Part shown: positions 8,638 through 19,684 of the stretch, in pieces
Numbering within the stretch: position 1 is the stretch's first letter
Layout of the letters: each line of letters starts with the position of its first letter
Assembly (NCBI GenBank): GCA_020720665.1
Contig: DYOF01000002.1
Span: 1-62,376, forward strand
DNA length: 62,376 nucleotides
Reading direction: 5' to 3'
Origin: Acetofilamentum sp.
Lineage (GTDB): Bacteria > Bacteroidota > Bacteroidia > Bacteroidales > JAADGE01
Translations under genes and position numbers: made by a program
The notes under the pieces: generated by a model
What the model was told of the DNA's origin: nothing
Database searches by the model: none
Seen by the model: the letters and a program-made list of their open reading frames with translations, nothing else

Positions 8638-10455
8638 TTGAATGATTTATTATTTTTGCATAAAATTTATACAGTGAAGCAACTTTTTTTTATATCCTTG
8701 TTATTTTTCTCAACTTATAGTTTTGCGCAACTCGAAATAGAACTTACAAGTTACACACTTCCCGTATATCCGTCTGACGGTGATACATTAAGTGTCTGCA
8801 GAGACTCAATGATTATATTTAAAGCCTATGTTACTAAAGACGGGGCACAAGTTACCGGAGCTGAATATTTTTGGGATTTTGACGACAATAACAAACCTTT
8901 CGGAACTGATTTAGATTCAGTTACAAATGTATATGACGAAGGAGGCGGTTATCGTGTAAAATTATTCGTGCAGAAAGATGCAGATAAATGGTTCAGCATT
9001 TTACCTGTTAAAGTTGCGATGCAAGCAAATTACTCAAAAACAAAATTAAATATACCCGAAGAACAGAGTGGTATATGCAAAGGCAGCACGGCTGAAATTA
9101 ACGGTGTAGCTTATCCGGTTTTATGGAAAGACGAACCTCAATATACATTATTTGAAGACCCCTACGCTTTTTTTGAATATAATGATGAATATTCAGCCGT
9201 ACTTACTTTTGATGAATTTGGTTTAGACTCTGTTTATAAATCGGGTGCTATAGATTCTGTCGGATTGAATATTTTACATGCCGACATGGGCGATTTAGAA
9301 ATAAAACTTTCATGTGAAAACGGTAATTCTGTCATTTTAAAAAATTTTGATGCAACAAACCATGCACTATTAGGCGATACATTAACAAATCTTTCTTACA
9401 CCTATTATTGGTCAGAACTAAGCGGCATTCAGACGATGAACAGTATAACAACCGAACAAATAATCAGTTCAAATGCATATTTACCTGATGAAAGTTTTGA
9501 CAATTTAATCGGTTGCCCGCTAAACGGAAATTGGACACTTGAAATTACAGATAATCAAGAACTTGACAGCGGATATGTTTATCAATGGTCTATTGTTTTT
9601 GACGAAGATATACTGCCGCCCGTGTGGAGTTTTAAAGACACTTTATTAACATTTAAAGAAATAAACTCCATAATTTACGGAACTTATTGGACGGGAATAA
9701 ATGTCGGCGGAAGCCAAGTATATAAATTATCAGATACAATTATAGTAAATTCATCAGGTTCGCCGGATATATACGGACCAAATAAATACAATCTCTTTGT
9801 AATTAATAATTGGGGATGCCCGCAAGATACATTTATAATTTTAAATGTTGAAGAACCTTCGTTTACTTCCGACCCGCAAGGCGGTGAAGCAAAATTAACG
9901 GTTCAATTTGAAAATACCACAACATGGGCTTCGGATTTATTTTGGGAATTAGGAGATAGAACGGAGGTTTCTGACTCAATTTCATTTATACATGAATATC
10001 AAGAAAAAGGTTCCTATGAAGTGATTTTATATGCAACTGATAATCAGGGTTGTATAGATACAGATACGCTTACGATTGAAGTTAGCGTAGAGCCGTCAAA
10101 GCTTTCAAACATACCAAATATGTTCAGTCCTAATGATGACGGAATAAATGACAGGTATTATTTTACCGAAGATAAATTAGCCGGTATGGATGAATTTATA
10201 ATTTCAATTTATAACCGTTGGGGAGAAAAAGTTTTTGAAGAAACGAATATGCAACAAATGATTGATGAAGGATGGGACGGACGTAATTTTTTAGGCTTAC
10301 GATTATCGCCGGGAGTTTACTACTATGTTATTAAAGCCATAGGAAAAGACGATGTAATTTACAAACATGTTAAAAACCCCGATAAAGTTTCGACGAATCA
10401 AAATGAAGTAATAATTTCTGCAGAAACACGCGGTACTATCCATTTATTCAGATAG
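8638..10455 (+). CDS. T9SS type-B C-terminal sorting domain protein with a P-domain-like and a PKD-like module
   Basis: The C-terminus (NMFSPNDDGINDRYYF ... IYNRWGEKVFE ... WDGRN ... GVYYYVI) is the gliding-motility/T9SS type-B CTD. The start is uncertain: a GTG at 8674 gives a clean signal peptide (KQLFFISLLFFSTYSFAQ). Confidence 0.85.
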   Translation: MNDLLFLHKIYTVKQLFFISLLFFSTYSFAQLEIELTSYTLPVYPSDGDTLSVCRDSMIIFKAYVTKDGAQVTGAEYFWDFDDNNKPFGTDLDSVTNVYDEGGGYRVKLFVQKDADKWFSILPVKVAMQANYSKTKLNIPEEQSGICKGSTAEINGVAYPVLWKDEPQYTLFEDPYAFFEYNDEYSAVLTFDEFGLDSVYKSGAIDSVGLNILHADMGDLEIKLSCENGNSVILKNFDATNHALLGDTLTNLSYTYYWSELSGIQTMNSITTEQIISSNAYLPDESFDNLIGCPLNGNWTLEITDNQELDSGYVYQWSIVFDEDILPPVWSFKDTLLTFKEINSIIYGTYWTGINVGGSQVYKLSDTIIVNSSGSPDIYGPNKYNLFVINNWGCPQDTFIILNVEEPSFTSDPQGGEAKLTVQFENTTTWASDLFWELGDRTEVSDSISFIHEYQEKGSYEVILYATDNQGCIDTDTLTIEVSVEPSKLSNIPNMFSPNDDGINDRYYFTEDKLAGMDEFIISIYNRWGEKVFEETNMQQMIDEGWDGRNFLGLRLSPGVYYYVIKAIGKDDVIYKHVKNPDKVSTNQNEVIISAETRGTIHLFR

Positions 10456-10555
10456 ATAAATTTAACCAAAAAGTAAATTACAAATCTGATTATAAGCCAC
10501 GTTATTATTAACCGTTGCGTTGTTCACGCAGCAACTTACAGATTTTGTGTAATTT

Positions 10556-11242
10556 TTATGTGTTGGGTTTGAACCTTGAAATCCCCGAAAGAAATTTCAT
10601 TTGTTTTAAGGCTAAAATTAAAATTGCAATTAAAAACGGAATAAATAAAATTAATAATATATTATTCCCCGACATCAAAATAAAGTCATAAAAACCGTGC
10701 AATACCACAGGAACAGAAATTGACAGGAATATCCAAAAAAAGAAATTAGAATTTTTAAATTTCGCCATTGCCAAAAAATACCCCATAGTTACACCAAAAA
10801 TTGTGTGAGCCGGAACAGCTGTTACAGCGCGTATAAAACCGGTTTGCATACCGTGTTGAAAAACGTATAAAATATTCTCTACTGCGGCAAAGCCTAAGGA
10901 AATATAAGCAGCATAAACAATTCCGTCAAATTTCTCATTAAAATTTTTACTTCTCCAAATAAGAATAATGAAGGCAAGATATTTGAATGTTTCTTCAGTA
11001 CCTGCCGCTACAATAAATGCATCGTAGGCTGCTTTAATCATTTGGTTGGTAAGTGTATATTTTTGTTCCCAATAATTACTTAAAGCAATTTCAATAAAAA
11101 GTATGGGTATAACTGTTAATGCACCTAAAATAAATGATTTAATTAATACAATACGCGGTTCTTTTTCATATCTGTCTCTGCGATAAACGTATATTAATAT
11201 CAGAACTATGGGAGCAAGGGCAATACCGATTAATGATAACAT
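10556..11242 (-). CDS. PrsW-family intramembrane protease
   Basis: 228 aa, polytopic. Shows the EETFKY and HGFYDF motifs of the PrsW family. Confidence 0.75.
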   Translation of the reverse strand: MLSLIGIALAPIVLILIYVYRRDRYEKEPRIVLIKSFILGALTVIPILFIEIALSNYWEQKYTLTNQMIKAAYDAFIVAAGTEETFKYLAFIILIWRSKNFNEKFDGIVYAAYISLGFAAVENILYVFQHGMQTGFIRAVTAVPAHTIFGVTMGYFLAMAKFKNSNFFFWIFLSISVPVVLHGFYDFILMSGNNILLILFIPFLIAILILALKQMKFLSGISRFKPNT

Positions 11243-11247
11243 AAATT

Positions 11248-13848
11248 TTAGTAATTATCTTGATAAAATTTCAAATATTTATCAATTATCGGTAATTTTT
11301 TGAGTTTTTGCAAATTTTTATTTGAAATTATGGTATGCCTGTAATCCGAAGCCTGCAGGTCGTTATATTTCCCTGAATTTATAACAGAATTCTTATAGGC
11401 TAAACAACTGTCAAACTTGCTAAATGATTCTGTGAGTAAAATTTGAAGTGAATCACCGATTATTTCGTTATTTAGTTTAAATGACGATTTCGGGTAATTA
11501 ACGGCATTGTGTGTTAAAAGGATGTATTTGATTTTGTCGTTTAATATTTGGTCTGATTTTGATGTTATTACCATGTAATAAAAAACACTGTCATTTTCTA
11601 ATGTATAGTAATGTGGGTCATATTTTCCGCTGTTTATCAATGCAACTGCATCTTTGGCATTGGTAGTGATTTCATCTTCCGGGAAATTAATAATCATAGT
11701 TTCTAATATTTTTTTCATTTCGAGAACATTTCCTAAACTTCCGGTTGATAAGGCTTTTAAATATTGAAATTTAGCTTCTAAATGGTTTTGGTCAGATATT
11801 TTGTGAGCCTCATCTGCTTTTGCAATAACTTCATTATAATTATCTTTTTTGTATGCATTATATGCCTGAGAATATAGTAAATCAACCGTTTCTTTATTTT
11901 CTTTAAGTTTCGTTAAATAATTAGGGTCGGACAATATATTTGCATATTTTGAATGCGGAAATTCGTTTAAAATTTTGTTTCTGTATGTTTCGGCAGTTTC
12001 TGAGTTTTTAAGAATATTAAAATTTAAAAGGTATAAATTAAAATAAGTTTCAAGAATCAATTCATTATTCGGGAATCGTTTAATTAAAGTTTCATAGGAT
12101 TTGATTGCTTCAGGATAATCTTCCATTTTACGTTCGTAAACGACACCGGCATCAAAATAGGCTTTGGCAATACGCTTGTCAGAGAGAGCTCTTAATGAAT
12201 CGTTAAGCGGTAAATCTTGTAAATAGAATTCAATTTTTTTGTTGTCGGTTATTCGCCCTGAATCTGTTTCGGCAACTTCTTCATTATCAATTTCTTCTGA
12301 TACTATTTGTTTGTTTTTTCTTCGCCAATTATCTTCTAATTTTATTTTTCCCCATATTTTTTGAAACTCTGTTCGCCCGATGCTTAACGCCTGCGGATTA
12401 TAAAAATACCATTTCCCTTTTGCTTCATTCGAATTGTAATCTCCTCTGTTGAATTGGTCGTAATTTCCGGATGGGGAATTAATAGCGGCACGTTCTTTTG
12501 CAATAAGAGTATTGATAATGTTTTGAATAAATGCAATACGTTTGGATGAATCCATTTGTGCAATTCGCTGCAAACTGTCTTCATGGTTTATCAGTTTCAA
12601 ATTATCGGTAAGTTCTTTGAGATTAATTGTTTTTTTTGAAAGTTTATCGTAGTCGGGATATTTTTTATCCAATACACTCATTGTGCTGTCATAATATGCT
12701 CCTGCGGTTAAATAGGTTCTCCGTTTAAAGTAAATATCTGCTAATGCCAAGTATGAAAGTGCTTTTTGGTTATTATCCGATACACTTTTTGAAATGGATT
12801 TTTTATAATAGTTTAATGCTAAATCTTCATTATTCTCTTTAAGTTCAATACCTGCGAAAACATAATAAATTTGATCTTGAAAATCAATATTTTTATCGTC
12901 TTTCAGCATTTTTGCTAATATTTTTCTTATTTTTTCTGAACTTTCAGAACTGTTAAGAAAGGCTTTTGCCATATTAATTTTTGCATTAAATACCATTTCA
13001 TAGACCGGATTCATTTTAATTATGCTTTCAAACAATTTAATGGCTTCGTCTCCTTTGTTAATTTTTTGAAATAATTGAGCTGTTAAATACGTTAAGCGTG
13101 CTTTGTTTTTTTTATTTTTTGTTTGCTTAATTAAATAATCCAATTTCTTAATGGCTTCGTGATATTTTTCTTGTTTAATATATATATCGGCATAAGCCAA
13201 GTCTATTTGGTAATTTAATTTTTTTGGGTGAGTAATGTCTTCGGTAATTAACTTTAAATAATTTTCAGCTTCGTTATAACTTCCTTCTGCACTATGCGAA
13301 CGAGCAATCCAGTAGAGTGCATCAAATTTAATCGGTTCATTTCTGAATTTATTTAGAATTAAGTGTAATGAACGCATAGCACCCTGATAATCACCTTTAT
13401 AATAATGAGCCATTCCGATTAATAAATAGGCATCATCAACATATTTATTGTATTCACTTTTGTTATAAAATTCTTTTTCTTTTTCGGTTAATTGATAGGT
13501 TTTTCTCCCGTTTTTGGATGCTTTTCTTTCAGGTTTTACGGTTATTGAATGCATTTTTATCATTTTAACCGATTTTTTTATTGCTTCATCCATATCGCCT
13601 GAAATACTTGATTTTATATCTTCTCTTTCATTTTTGAAAACAGGCAGTAGAATGATATAGTTCTCTTTTGAGCTTTCAATTGATTTTATGGCTTTTTCAT
13701 AACTTTCATTTCCGTTGAAATAGATATTAAATCGCCCGGTCGTGTTATGGTAAATTCGTGTAAGAGTAGTGTTTTTTTTGGTAGAGCAGGATGTTGCTCC
13801 AAAAAATAAAAACACTGTTATCAGAATATAATACAGTTGATTTTTCAA
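11248..13848 (-). CDS. TPR-repeat lipoprotein, SprE/PorW-like (T9SS/gliding)
   Basis: 866 aa. Has a lipobox (FGATSC) followed by STKKNTTLTRIYHNTTGRFNIYFNG and many TPR-like repeats. Size and N-terminus resemble SprE/PorW. The family call is from memory. Confidence 0.5.
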   Translation of the reverse strand: MKNQLYYILITVFLFFGATSCSTKKNTTLTRIYHNTTGRFNIYFNGNESYEKAIKSIESSKENYIILLPVFKNEREDIKSSISGDMDEAIKKSVKMIKMHSITVKPERKASKNGRKTYQLTEKEKEFYNKSEYNKYVDDAYLLIGMAHYYKGDYQGAMRSLHLILNKFRNEPIKFDALYWIARSHSAEGSYNEAENYLKLITEDITHPKKLNYQIDLAYADIYIKQEKYHEAIKKLDYLIKQTKNKKNKARLTYLTAQLFQKINKGDEAIKLFESIIKMNPVYEMVFNAKINMAKAFLNSSESSEKIRKILAKMLKDDKNIDFQDQIYYVFAGIELKENNEDLALNYYKKSISKSVSDNNQKALSYLALADIYFKRRTYLTAGAYYDSTMSVLDKKYPDYDKLSKKTINLKELTDNLKLINHEDSLQRIAQMDSSKRIAFIQNIINTLIAKERAAINSPSGNYDQFNRGDYNSNEAKGKWYFYNPQALSIGRTEFQKIWGKIKLEDNWRRKNKQIVSEEIDNEEVAETDSGRITDNKKIEFYLQDLPLNDSLRALSDKRIAKAYFDAGVVYERKMEDYPEAIKSYETLIKRFPNNELILETYFNLYLLNFNILKNSETAETYRNKILNEFPHSKYANILSDPNYLTKLKENKETVDLLYSQAYNAYKKDNYNEVIAKADEAHKISDQNHLEAKFQYLKALSTGSLGNVLEMKKILETMIINFPEDEITTNAKDAVALINSGKYDPHYYTLENDSVFYYMVITSKSDQILNDKIKYILLTHNAVNYPKSSFKLNNEIIGDSLQILLTESFSKFDSCLAYKNSVINSGKYNDLQASDYRHTIISNKNLQKLKKLPIIDKYLKFYQDNY

Positions 13849-14046
13849 AATTATAATTTTATTAATCTGCGAATTTACAATTTTAACCTTTTTTTTCTAA
13901 AAATATTGTTTGATATTAATATTTATATCGTCTTAAATTCAAATTAATCAGAATTAAAATTAATATATGCAAACAAAAAGAATAGTCTTTTTATCTTTAC
14001 AGAAAATTTACAGACAATTTCAGCAATAGAAAAGTAAGACTCATCG

Positions 14047-15759
14047 ATGAAAAAAAAAATAATTATAAAAAATCAAGGGGATGAAGAAATTGTAAAACAT
14101 TTGCAAGAAGTTTTAAGTATAAATAAAAGTTTAGCCGTTTTGCTTTACCAAAGAGGAATTGAAACCTTTGACGAAGCAAAAGCATATTTCCGACCGGATA
14201 TCTCGAATCTGCATGATCCGTTTTTGATGAAAGATATGAATAAGGCAGTTGAACGTTTAGAAAGAGCACTTGGTAAAAGTGAGAAAATTCTTATCTACGG
14301 CGATTATGATGTTGACGGAACAACTTCGGTTGCCTTGGTTTATTCATTCCTGAAAAAATATACAGAACACATTGGGTTTTATGTACCCGACAGATATAAA
14401 GAAGGTTACGGTATTTCAAAAGCGGGCATTGACTATGCTCATGAAAACAAGTTTACATTAGTAATTGCTTTGGATTGCGGTATAAAAGCGATTGAAAAAA
14501 TAGAATATGCCAACCAAAAGAAAATTGACTTTATAATTTGCGATCATCATACTGCCGGCGATAAAATACCGGAAGCTTGTGCAGTATTAGATCCCAAACA
14601 GAAGGATTGTATGTATCCCGACAAAAATCTTTCCGGTTGTGGTGTAGGATTTAAATTTCTTCAAGCCTATTCAGCCAGAAATAATATTGCATTTTCGGAG
14701 TTAATGCAATACATTGATTTAGTTGCTGTAAGTATCGCATCGGACATTGTTCCGATTATCGGTGAAAATCGAATTTTAGCTTATCACGGTCTGAAAAAAT
14801 TAAATAAGAATCCCATTAAAGGTCTTGAAATAATAAAAAAAGTAGCCGGAATAAAAGAGAAAAATATGAGTATTTCTGATTGTGTTTTTAAAATCGGACC
14901 AAGAATAAATGCAGCCGGGAGAATAAAATCAGGAGCTGCATCAGTTAATTTATTAATTTCCGACTACAATAAAACTGCATACGAATATGCAAATCAAATA
15001 AATACATATAATGATGAGCGGAAAGATCTGGACAGAGATATTACGCACGATGCATTACGGAAAATAGGAAACAGTATTGATTTGAAAAACAGACGGTCAA
15101 CCGTTTTATTTGATGAAAATTGGCATAAAGGCGTAGTGGGCATTGTTGCTTCGCGTTTAACCGAAACCTATTACAGACCCACTATAATATTAACCGAATC
15201 AAACGGCTTAGCAACAGGTTCTGCTCGGTCGGTTTCTGATTTTAATATTTATGATGCCATTGATTCATGCAGTCATTTATTGGAAAACTTCGGAGGTCAT
15301 AAATTTGCTGCAGGTTTAACATTAAAAATTGAAAATATTGAAAAGTTTTCAGAGTGTATTGAAAAATATGTGAGTGAAACCATTACGCCGGAACAACAAG
15401 TTCCTGAAATTGTTGTAGATACAGAATTATCATTTGCTGAAATTGATAAAAAGTTTTATAGTGTAATGAGTCAAATGGCTCCCTTCGGACCCGAAAATAT
15501 GTCGCCGGTTTTCATAACCCGGCAAGTTGTTGATACCGGCAAATCCGGTAAGGTAGGTAATAATAAAGAGCATTTGAAATTGGAAATTACCGATGTGGAA
15601 GGCACTATTATGACAGGTATTGCTTTCTCAATTAAACCGGAATATTTTAAACCGATTTTTGAAAAAAAACCCTTTTCAATTTGTTATTCCGTAGATAAAA
15701 ATGAATTTCGAGGAAATACAAGTTTGCAGTTAAGAGTTAAAGAAATTCTGTTTGACTAA
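14047..15759 (+). CDS. recJ: Single-stranded-DNA-specific exonuclease RecJ
   Basis: 570 aa with DHH-family motifs (GDYDVDGTTS, ALDCGI, CDHH) and a DHHA1 region (GGHKFAAG). Confidence 0.93.
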   Translation: MKKKIIIKNQGDEEIVKHLQEVLSINKSLAVLLYQRGIETFDEAKAYFRPDISNLHDPFLMKDMNKAVERLERALGKSEKILIYGDYDVDGTTSVALVYSFLKKYTEHIGFYVPDRYKEGYGISKAGIDYAHENKFTLVIALDCGIKAIEKIEYANQKKIDFIICDHHTAGDKIPEACAVLDPKQKDCMYPDKNLSGCGVGFKFLQAYSARNNIAFSELMQYIDLVAVSIASDIVPIIGENRILAYHGLKKLNKNPIKGLEIIKKVAGIKEKNMSISDCVFKIGPRINAAGRIKSGAASVNLLISDYNKTAYEYANQINTYNDERKDLDRDITHDALRKIGNSIDLKNRRSTVLFDENWHKGVVGIVASRLTETYYRPTIILTESNGLATGSARSVSDFNIYDAIDSCSHLLENFGGHKFAAGLTLKIENIEKFSECIEKYVSETITPEQQVPEIVVDTELSFAEIDKKFYSVMSQMAPFGPENMSPVFITRQVVDTGKSGKVGNNKEHLKLEITDVEGTIMTGIAFSIKPEYFKPIFEKKPFSICYSVDKNEFRGNTSLQLRVKEILFD

Positions 15760-15768
15760 AATAGAATT

Positions 15769-16716
15769 GTGAAAAAGAATTTTCGTAAATATATTTTTTT
15801 AATTCTGAAAACTGCTGTTGCAATTCTGTCGTTTGCATATATTTTTAATCAACTCAGCCAATATAAAACAACTGATTTTTTCAGACATTTAAGTTATTAT
15901 GAATTGCTTATCTTATTCATTGTTCTTCTTTTAATGTTTGTAAATTGGTCAATAGAATCAGTAAAATGGAAATATTTGCTTGCCGGAATTGAGTCAATTC
16001 CTTTTTTGAAATCAATTAAAGCCGTATTTACCGGAATTACCTTTGCAATTTTTACACCGAACAGAATAGGAGAATTAGCCGGACGAGTGTTTGTATTAGA
16101 AAAACAAAACAGACTTAAAGGCGTTTTTGCAACTGCTGCCGGCAGCTTTAGCCAAATGATGATAACAGCTTTGTTTGGCGTTATTGCAATTTTATTTTCT
16201 AAACTCAATGAAAATAACCCGAATTCGTTAATTCTGATTAAGATTATAGCTGCGTCTGTTTTAATTTTTGGTTTGCTTATTTATTTTAATCTGAAAGTTA
16301 CAATTCGTTTGATTGTAAAAATTAATTTCTTAAGACGTTTCAATCAATCTATAGAAATTTTATCGGGATATACACGAAAAAAATTATTATATATACTGGT
16401 ATTAAGTGGAATACGATATATTGTGTTCTTCTTGCAATTTTATTTATTATTAGTAGTATTTAATGTAGAAATTGGTTTTGCTGATGCATTTAAGGGTATT
16501 GCTTTAACCTATTTGTTCAGCTCTGTTATACCTTCTTTTGCGATAGCCGAAATAGGTATCAGGGGTAGTGCGGCAATTTTTTTTATAGGATTATATTCTT
16601 CGAATATTACCGGAATTATCAGTGCCGTTGCATTGTTATGGATTATTAATTTAGCTATACCCGCAGTAGCGGGAGCCGTTTTCCTGAGTTTCGCACTTTT
16701 TGAAAAAAAGCCCTGA
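15769..16716 (+). CDS. Flippase-like / lysylphosphatidylglycerol-synthase TM-region family membrane protein
   Basis: 315 aa, polytopic, with a GTG start. Contains the TPNRIGELAGR motif typical of the UPF0104/LPG-synthase TM family. Confidence 0.6.
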   Translation: MKKNFRKYIFLILKTAVAILSFAYIFNQLSQYKTTDFFRHLSYYELLILFIVLLLMFVNWSIESVKWKYLLAGIESIPFLKSIKAVFTGITFAIFTPNRIGELAGRVFVLEKQNRLKGVFATAAGSFSQMMITALFGVIAILFSKLNENNPNSLILIKIIAASVLIFGLLIYFNLKVTIRLIVKINFLRRFNQSIEILSGYTRKKLLYILVLSGIRYIVFFLQFYLLLVVFNVEIGFADAFKGIALTYLFSSVIPSFAIAEIGIRGSAAIFFIGLYSSNITGIISAVALLWIINLAIPAVAGAVFLSFALFEKKP

Positions 16717-16777
16717 AACCCTTTATTTATGGTGTGTAGTTTTGCAAAATGAGTATTGCAGGATATATTTGCGTCTG

Positions 16778-16903
16778 TATTTAAGAAAAATAAAGAATAG
16801 TTCGGGTAGTATTTCTGTTCAAATCTTATCAAAATCGAGCGGAAAATATAGAGTTGTCGAGTCAATCGGCAGCGGAAAGTCTGAACAAGAAATTCAAAAT
16901 TGA
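16778..16903 (+). pseudogene. N-terminal fragment of an IS1634/IS4-like transposase
   Basis: Translation LYLRKIKNSSGSISVQILSKSSGKYRVVESIGSGKSEQEIQN* matches the characteristic N-terminus of Bacteroidota IS1634-type transposases. It has no ATG (CTG at that position) and ends after about 40 codons. No transposase body follows. Confidence 0.5.
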
Positions 16904-17438
16904 CAAACGAACAGGTTTGGTAAACTTTAACAGCACATTTACTTTTACAAGTACTAAAAGCCGCGACTAAAACAAAAAAAGCATTTTCAACAATTGCAGC
17001 ATTGGTGAGAATATTTTTCATTAGCCATTTAGATATATTTTGGATGGTCGAAAATTGTAGAAGAACATATACAAAAAAGAAAAAAACTAAACCCAAAATT
17101 CAAGGTATTCAACAATCTTTATTCTGAAAAATAGAGGGTTGGATTTTAAAAATCAAAAAAACGAATAGTTTATTATTGTATGACTGATAAATACAATTCA
17201 ATTTGAATTACTTGGAGTTTTTGTCGGCTGATAGTGATATGTTATATAACAAATTCTAAGAATATAGCATATAACAATCATTAAATCAGAACTTTATTTG
17301 TAAACAATTCAATGAATTTTTATTTATAAAAACCTCTGTTATTTCTTCGTTTTTTATTATTTTTGTAAAAAATTTTTTCACATATAAATTTATATAACAA
17401 ATTGTATCTCAAATTATTAATATATATAAACAAAAAAA

Positions 17439-19673
17439 ATGGCACAACAAATTTCTAAAATTATTTGGACAAAGATAGATGAAGCTCCGGCTTTGGCAAC
17501 TTATTCTTTACTACCGATTGTAAATTCATATACAAAAACAGCAGGTATTGAAATTGTAACAAAAGATATTTCATTAGCAGGACGAATAATTGCTAATTTT
17601 CCTGAGAAATTAAACGATAATCAAAAAATTAAAGACTACTTAACCGAACTGGGTGAACTAACTCAATTACCTGAAACAAATATCATTAAATTGCCTAATA
17701 TAAGTGCATCCGTACCGCAGTTAAATGAAGCAATTAAAGAATTGAGAGAAAAAGGATACAATGTACCCGAATACCCGGAGAATCCTAAAACAGAAGAAGA
17801 AAAAGAAATTGCCGACCGCTATGCAAAAGTATTGGGAAGTGCCGTAAATCCGGTTTTAAGAGAAGGTAACGCTGACCGAAGAGCTGCAATTTCGGTAAAA
17901 CAACATGCTCAGAAAAATCCGCACAGAATGATGAAGGCATGGAGTAAAGATTCTAAAACTCATATTTCATATATGAATGCCGATGACTTTTACGGAAATG
18001 AAAAATCTGTCATCGTCGATAAAGCCATAGATTTCAAAATTGAATTTACCGATTTAAACGGGAAAAAAACTATCCTAAAAAATAATCTTCATGCAGAAGA
18101 CGGCGAAATATTAGACGGAACTTTTATGAACGTTTCTGCTTTAACCAAATTTTATGAAGAACAAATAAATCTGTCAAAAAAGGAAAATTTATTACTTTCT
18201 CTCCACCTTAAAGCAACAATGATGAAGGTTTCCGACCCCATCATGTTCGGACATGCGGTTAAAGTATATTATAAAACCGTTTTTGAAAAATATAAAACCG
18301 TTTTTGAAAAAATCGGAATAAATCCAAACTACGGCTTAGGTGATGTTTACTCTAAAATCGAAAATTTATCTGATATTGAAAAAAATAATATTGAAAAAGA
18401 TATTGCTGATTTATACAATATCCGAGCCGATTTAGCAATGGTTGACTCTGATAAAGGAATAACCAATTTACATGTACCGAATAATATTATTATTGACGCA
18501 TCGATGCCGGTTGTTATTCGTGACGGAGGTAAAATGTGGAATTCGGAAGGAAAACTGCAAGATACAAACGCAATGATTCCTGACAGATGCTATGCAACAT
18601 TATATCAAACAATGATTAGCGATTGTAAACTAAACGGTGCATTTAATCCGGCAACTATGGGTTCTGTTGCAAACGTAGGTTTGATGGCACAAAAAGCAGA
18701 AGAATACGGCTCACATCCTACAACATTTGAAATTCCTGCTGACGGAAAAGTACAGGTTATTTGTTCCGATAATACAATTTTAATCGAACATAATGTTAGT
18801 AAAGGAGATATTTGGAGAATGTCTCGCGCCAAAGATATTGCCATTCAAGATTGGATTAAATTAGCCGTTACACGTGCCCGAAAAACCAATACTCCGGCTA
18901 TTTTTTGGCTTGATAAAAACAGAGCTCACGATGCACGAATGATTAAAAAAGTTGAACCTTATTTAAAAAACCACAACACAGAAGGTTTAGACATTAAAAT
19001 TATGTCACTCACAGAAGCCATGCAATTTACAATTGACAGAAGCAGAAAGGGTGAAGATACCATTTCGGTTACCGGTAATGTTCTAAGAGACTATTTAACT
19101 GACTTATTTCCCATTTTAGAATTAGGTACAAGTGCAAAAATGTTATCTGTTGTGCCTTTATTAAAAGGCGGCGGATTATTTGAAACCGGTGCCGGAGGTT
19201 CGGCACCAAAACACGTTCAACAATTTCTTGAAGAAGGACATCTTCGTTGGGATTCATTAGGCGAATTTTTAGCTTTGACGGTTTCTTTAGAGCATTCAGC
19301 ATCAAATTTTATTAATACTAAAGCACAAATTCTTGCTGATACGCTTGATGAAGCTATAGGCAAATATCTTGAAAACGGTAAAGCCCCGTCTCGTAAAGCA
19401 GGCGAACTTGATAACAGAGGAACACACTTCTTTTTGGCAAAATATTGGGCAGAAACATTATCTGAGCAAAATAAAGATTTGGAATTAAAAAACAAATTTT
19501 TACCTGTTTCGAATGAATTAAATGCAAACGAAACCCTTATTTTAAAAGAAATAGCAGCCGTTGAAGGCAAAAAAACCGACATCGGAGGATATTATATGCC
19601 CGATGATGAAAAAGCTACAAATGCCATGCGTCCGTCAAATACATTTAATTCAATTATTAATAAGATAATTTAA
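17439..19673 (+). CDS. icd: NADP-dependent isocitrate dehydrogenase, monomeric type
   Basis: 744 aa. The N-terminus ([22 protein letters not shown]) and the ~740-aa length are diagnostic of monomeric IDH. Confidence 0.93.
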   Translation: MAQQISKIIWTKIDEAPALATYSLLPIVNSYTKTAGIEIVTKDISLAGRIIANFPEKLNDNQKIKDYLTELGELTQLPETNIIKLPNISASVPQLNEAIKELREKGYNVPEYPENPKTEEEKEIADRYAKVLGSAVNPVLREGNADRRAAISVKQHAQKNPHRMMKAWSKDSKTHISYMNADDFYGNEKSVIVDKAIDFKIEFTDLNGKKTILKNNLHAEDGEILDGTFMNVSALTKFYEEQINLSKKENLLLSLHLKATMMKVSDPIMFGHAVKVYYKTVFEKYKTVFEKIGINPNYGLGDVYSKIENLSDIEKNNIEKDIADLYNIRADLAMVDSDKGITNLHVPNNIIIDASMPVVIRDGGKMWNSEGKLQDTNAMIPDRCYATLYQTMISDCKLNGAFNPATMGSVANVGLMAQKAEEYGSHPTTFEIPADGKVQVICSDNTILIEHNVSKGDIWRMSRAKDIAIQDWIKLAVTRARKTNTPAIFWLDKNRAHDARMIKKVEPYLKNHNTEGLDIKIMSLTEAMQFTIDRSRKGEDTISVTGNVLRDYLTDLFPILELGTSAKMLSVVPLLKGGGLFETGAGGSAPKHVQQFLEEGHLRWDSLGEFLALTVSLEHSASNFINTKAQILADTLDEAIGKYLENGKAPSRKAGELDNRGTHFFLAKYWAETLSEQNKDLELKNKFLPVSNELNANETLILKEIAAVEGKKTDIGGYYMPDDEKATNAMRPSNTFNSIINKII
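18270..18311 (+). repeat. Perfect 2 x 21-bp in-frame tandem duplication inside icd
   Basis: tataaaaccgtttttgaaaaa occurs at 18270-18290 and again at 18291-18311. This gives [14 protein letters not shown] in the protein. Confidence 0.95.
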
Positions 19674-19684
19674 ATCAAATAATT

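Noticed and set aside
12384-12584. 66-aa same-strand ORF inside the SprE/PorW-like gene
   Set aside because: It is an out-of-frame internal ORF within an uninterrupted 866-aa gene, with no independent support.
16509-17096. 195-aa minus-strand ORF spanning the end of the flippase-like gene and the spacer
   Set aside because: It overlaps the 3' end of a well-supported plus-strand gene and the transposase relic. Its composition is low-complexity and F/K-rich, with no motifs, so it is likely spurious in AT-rich DNA.
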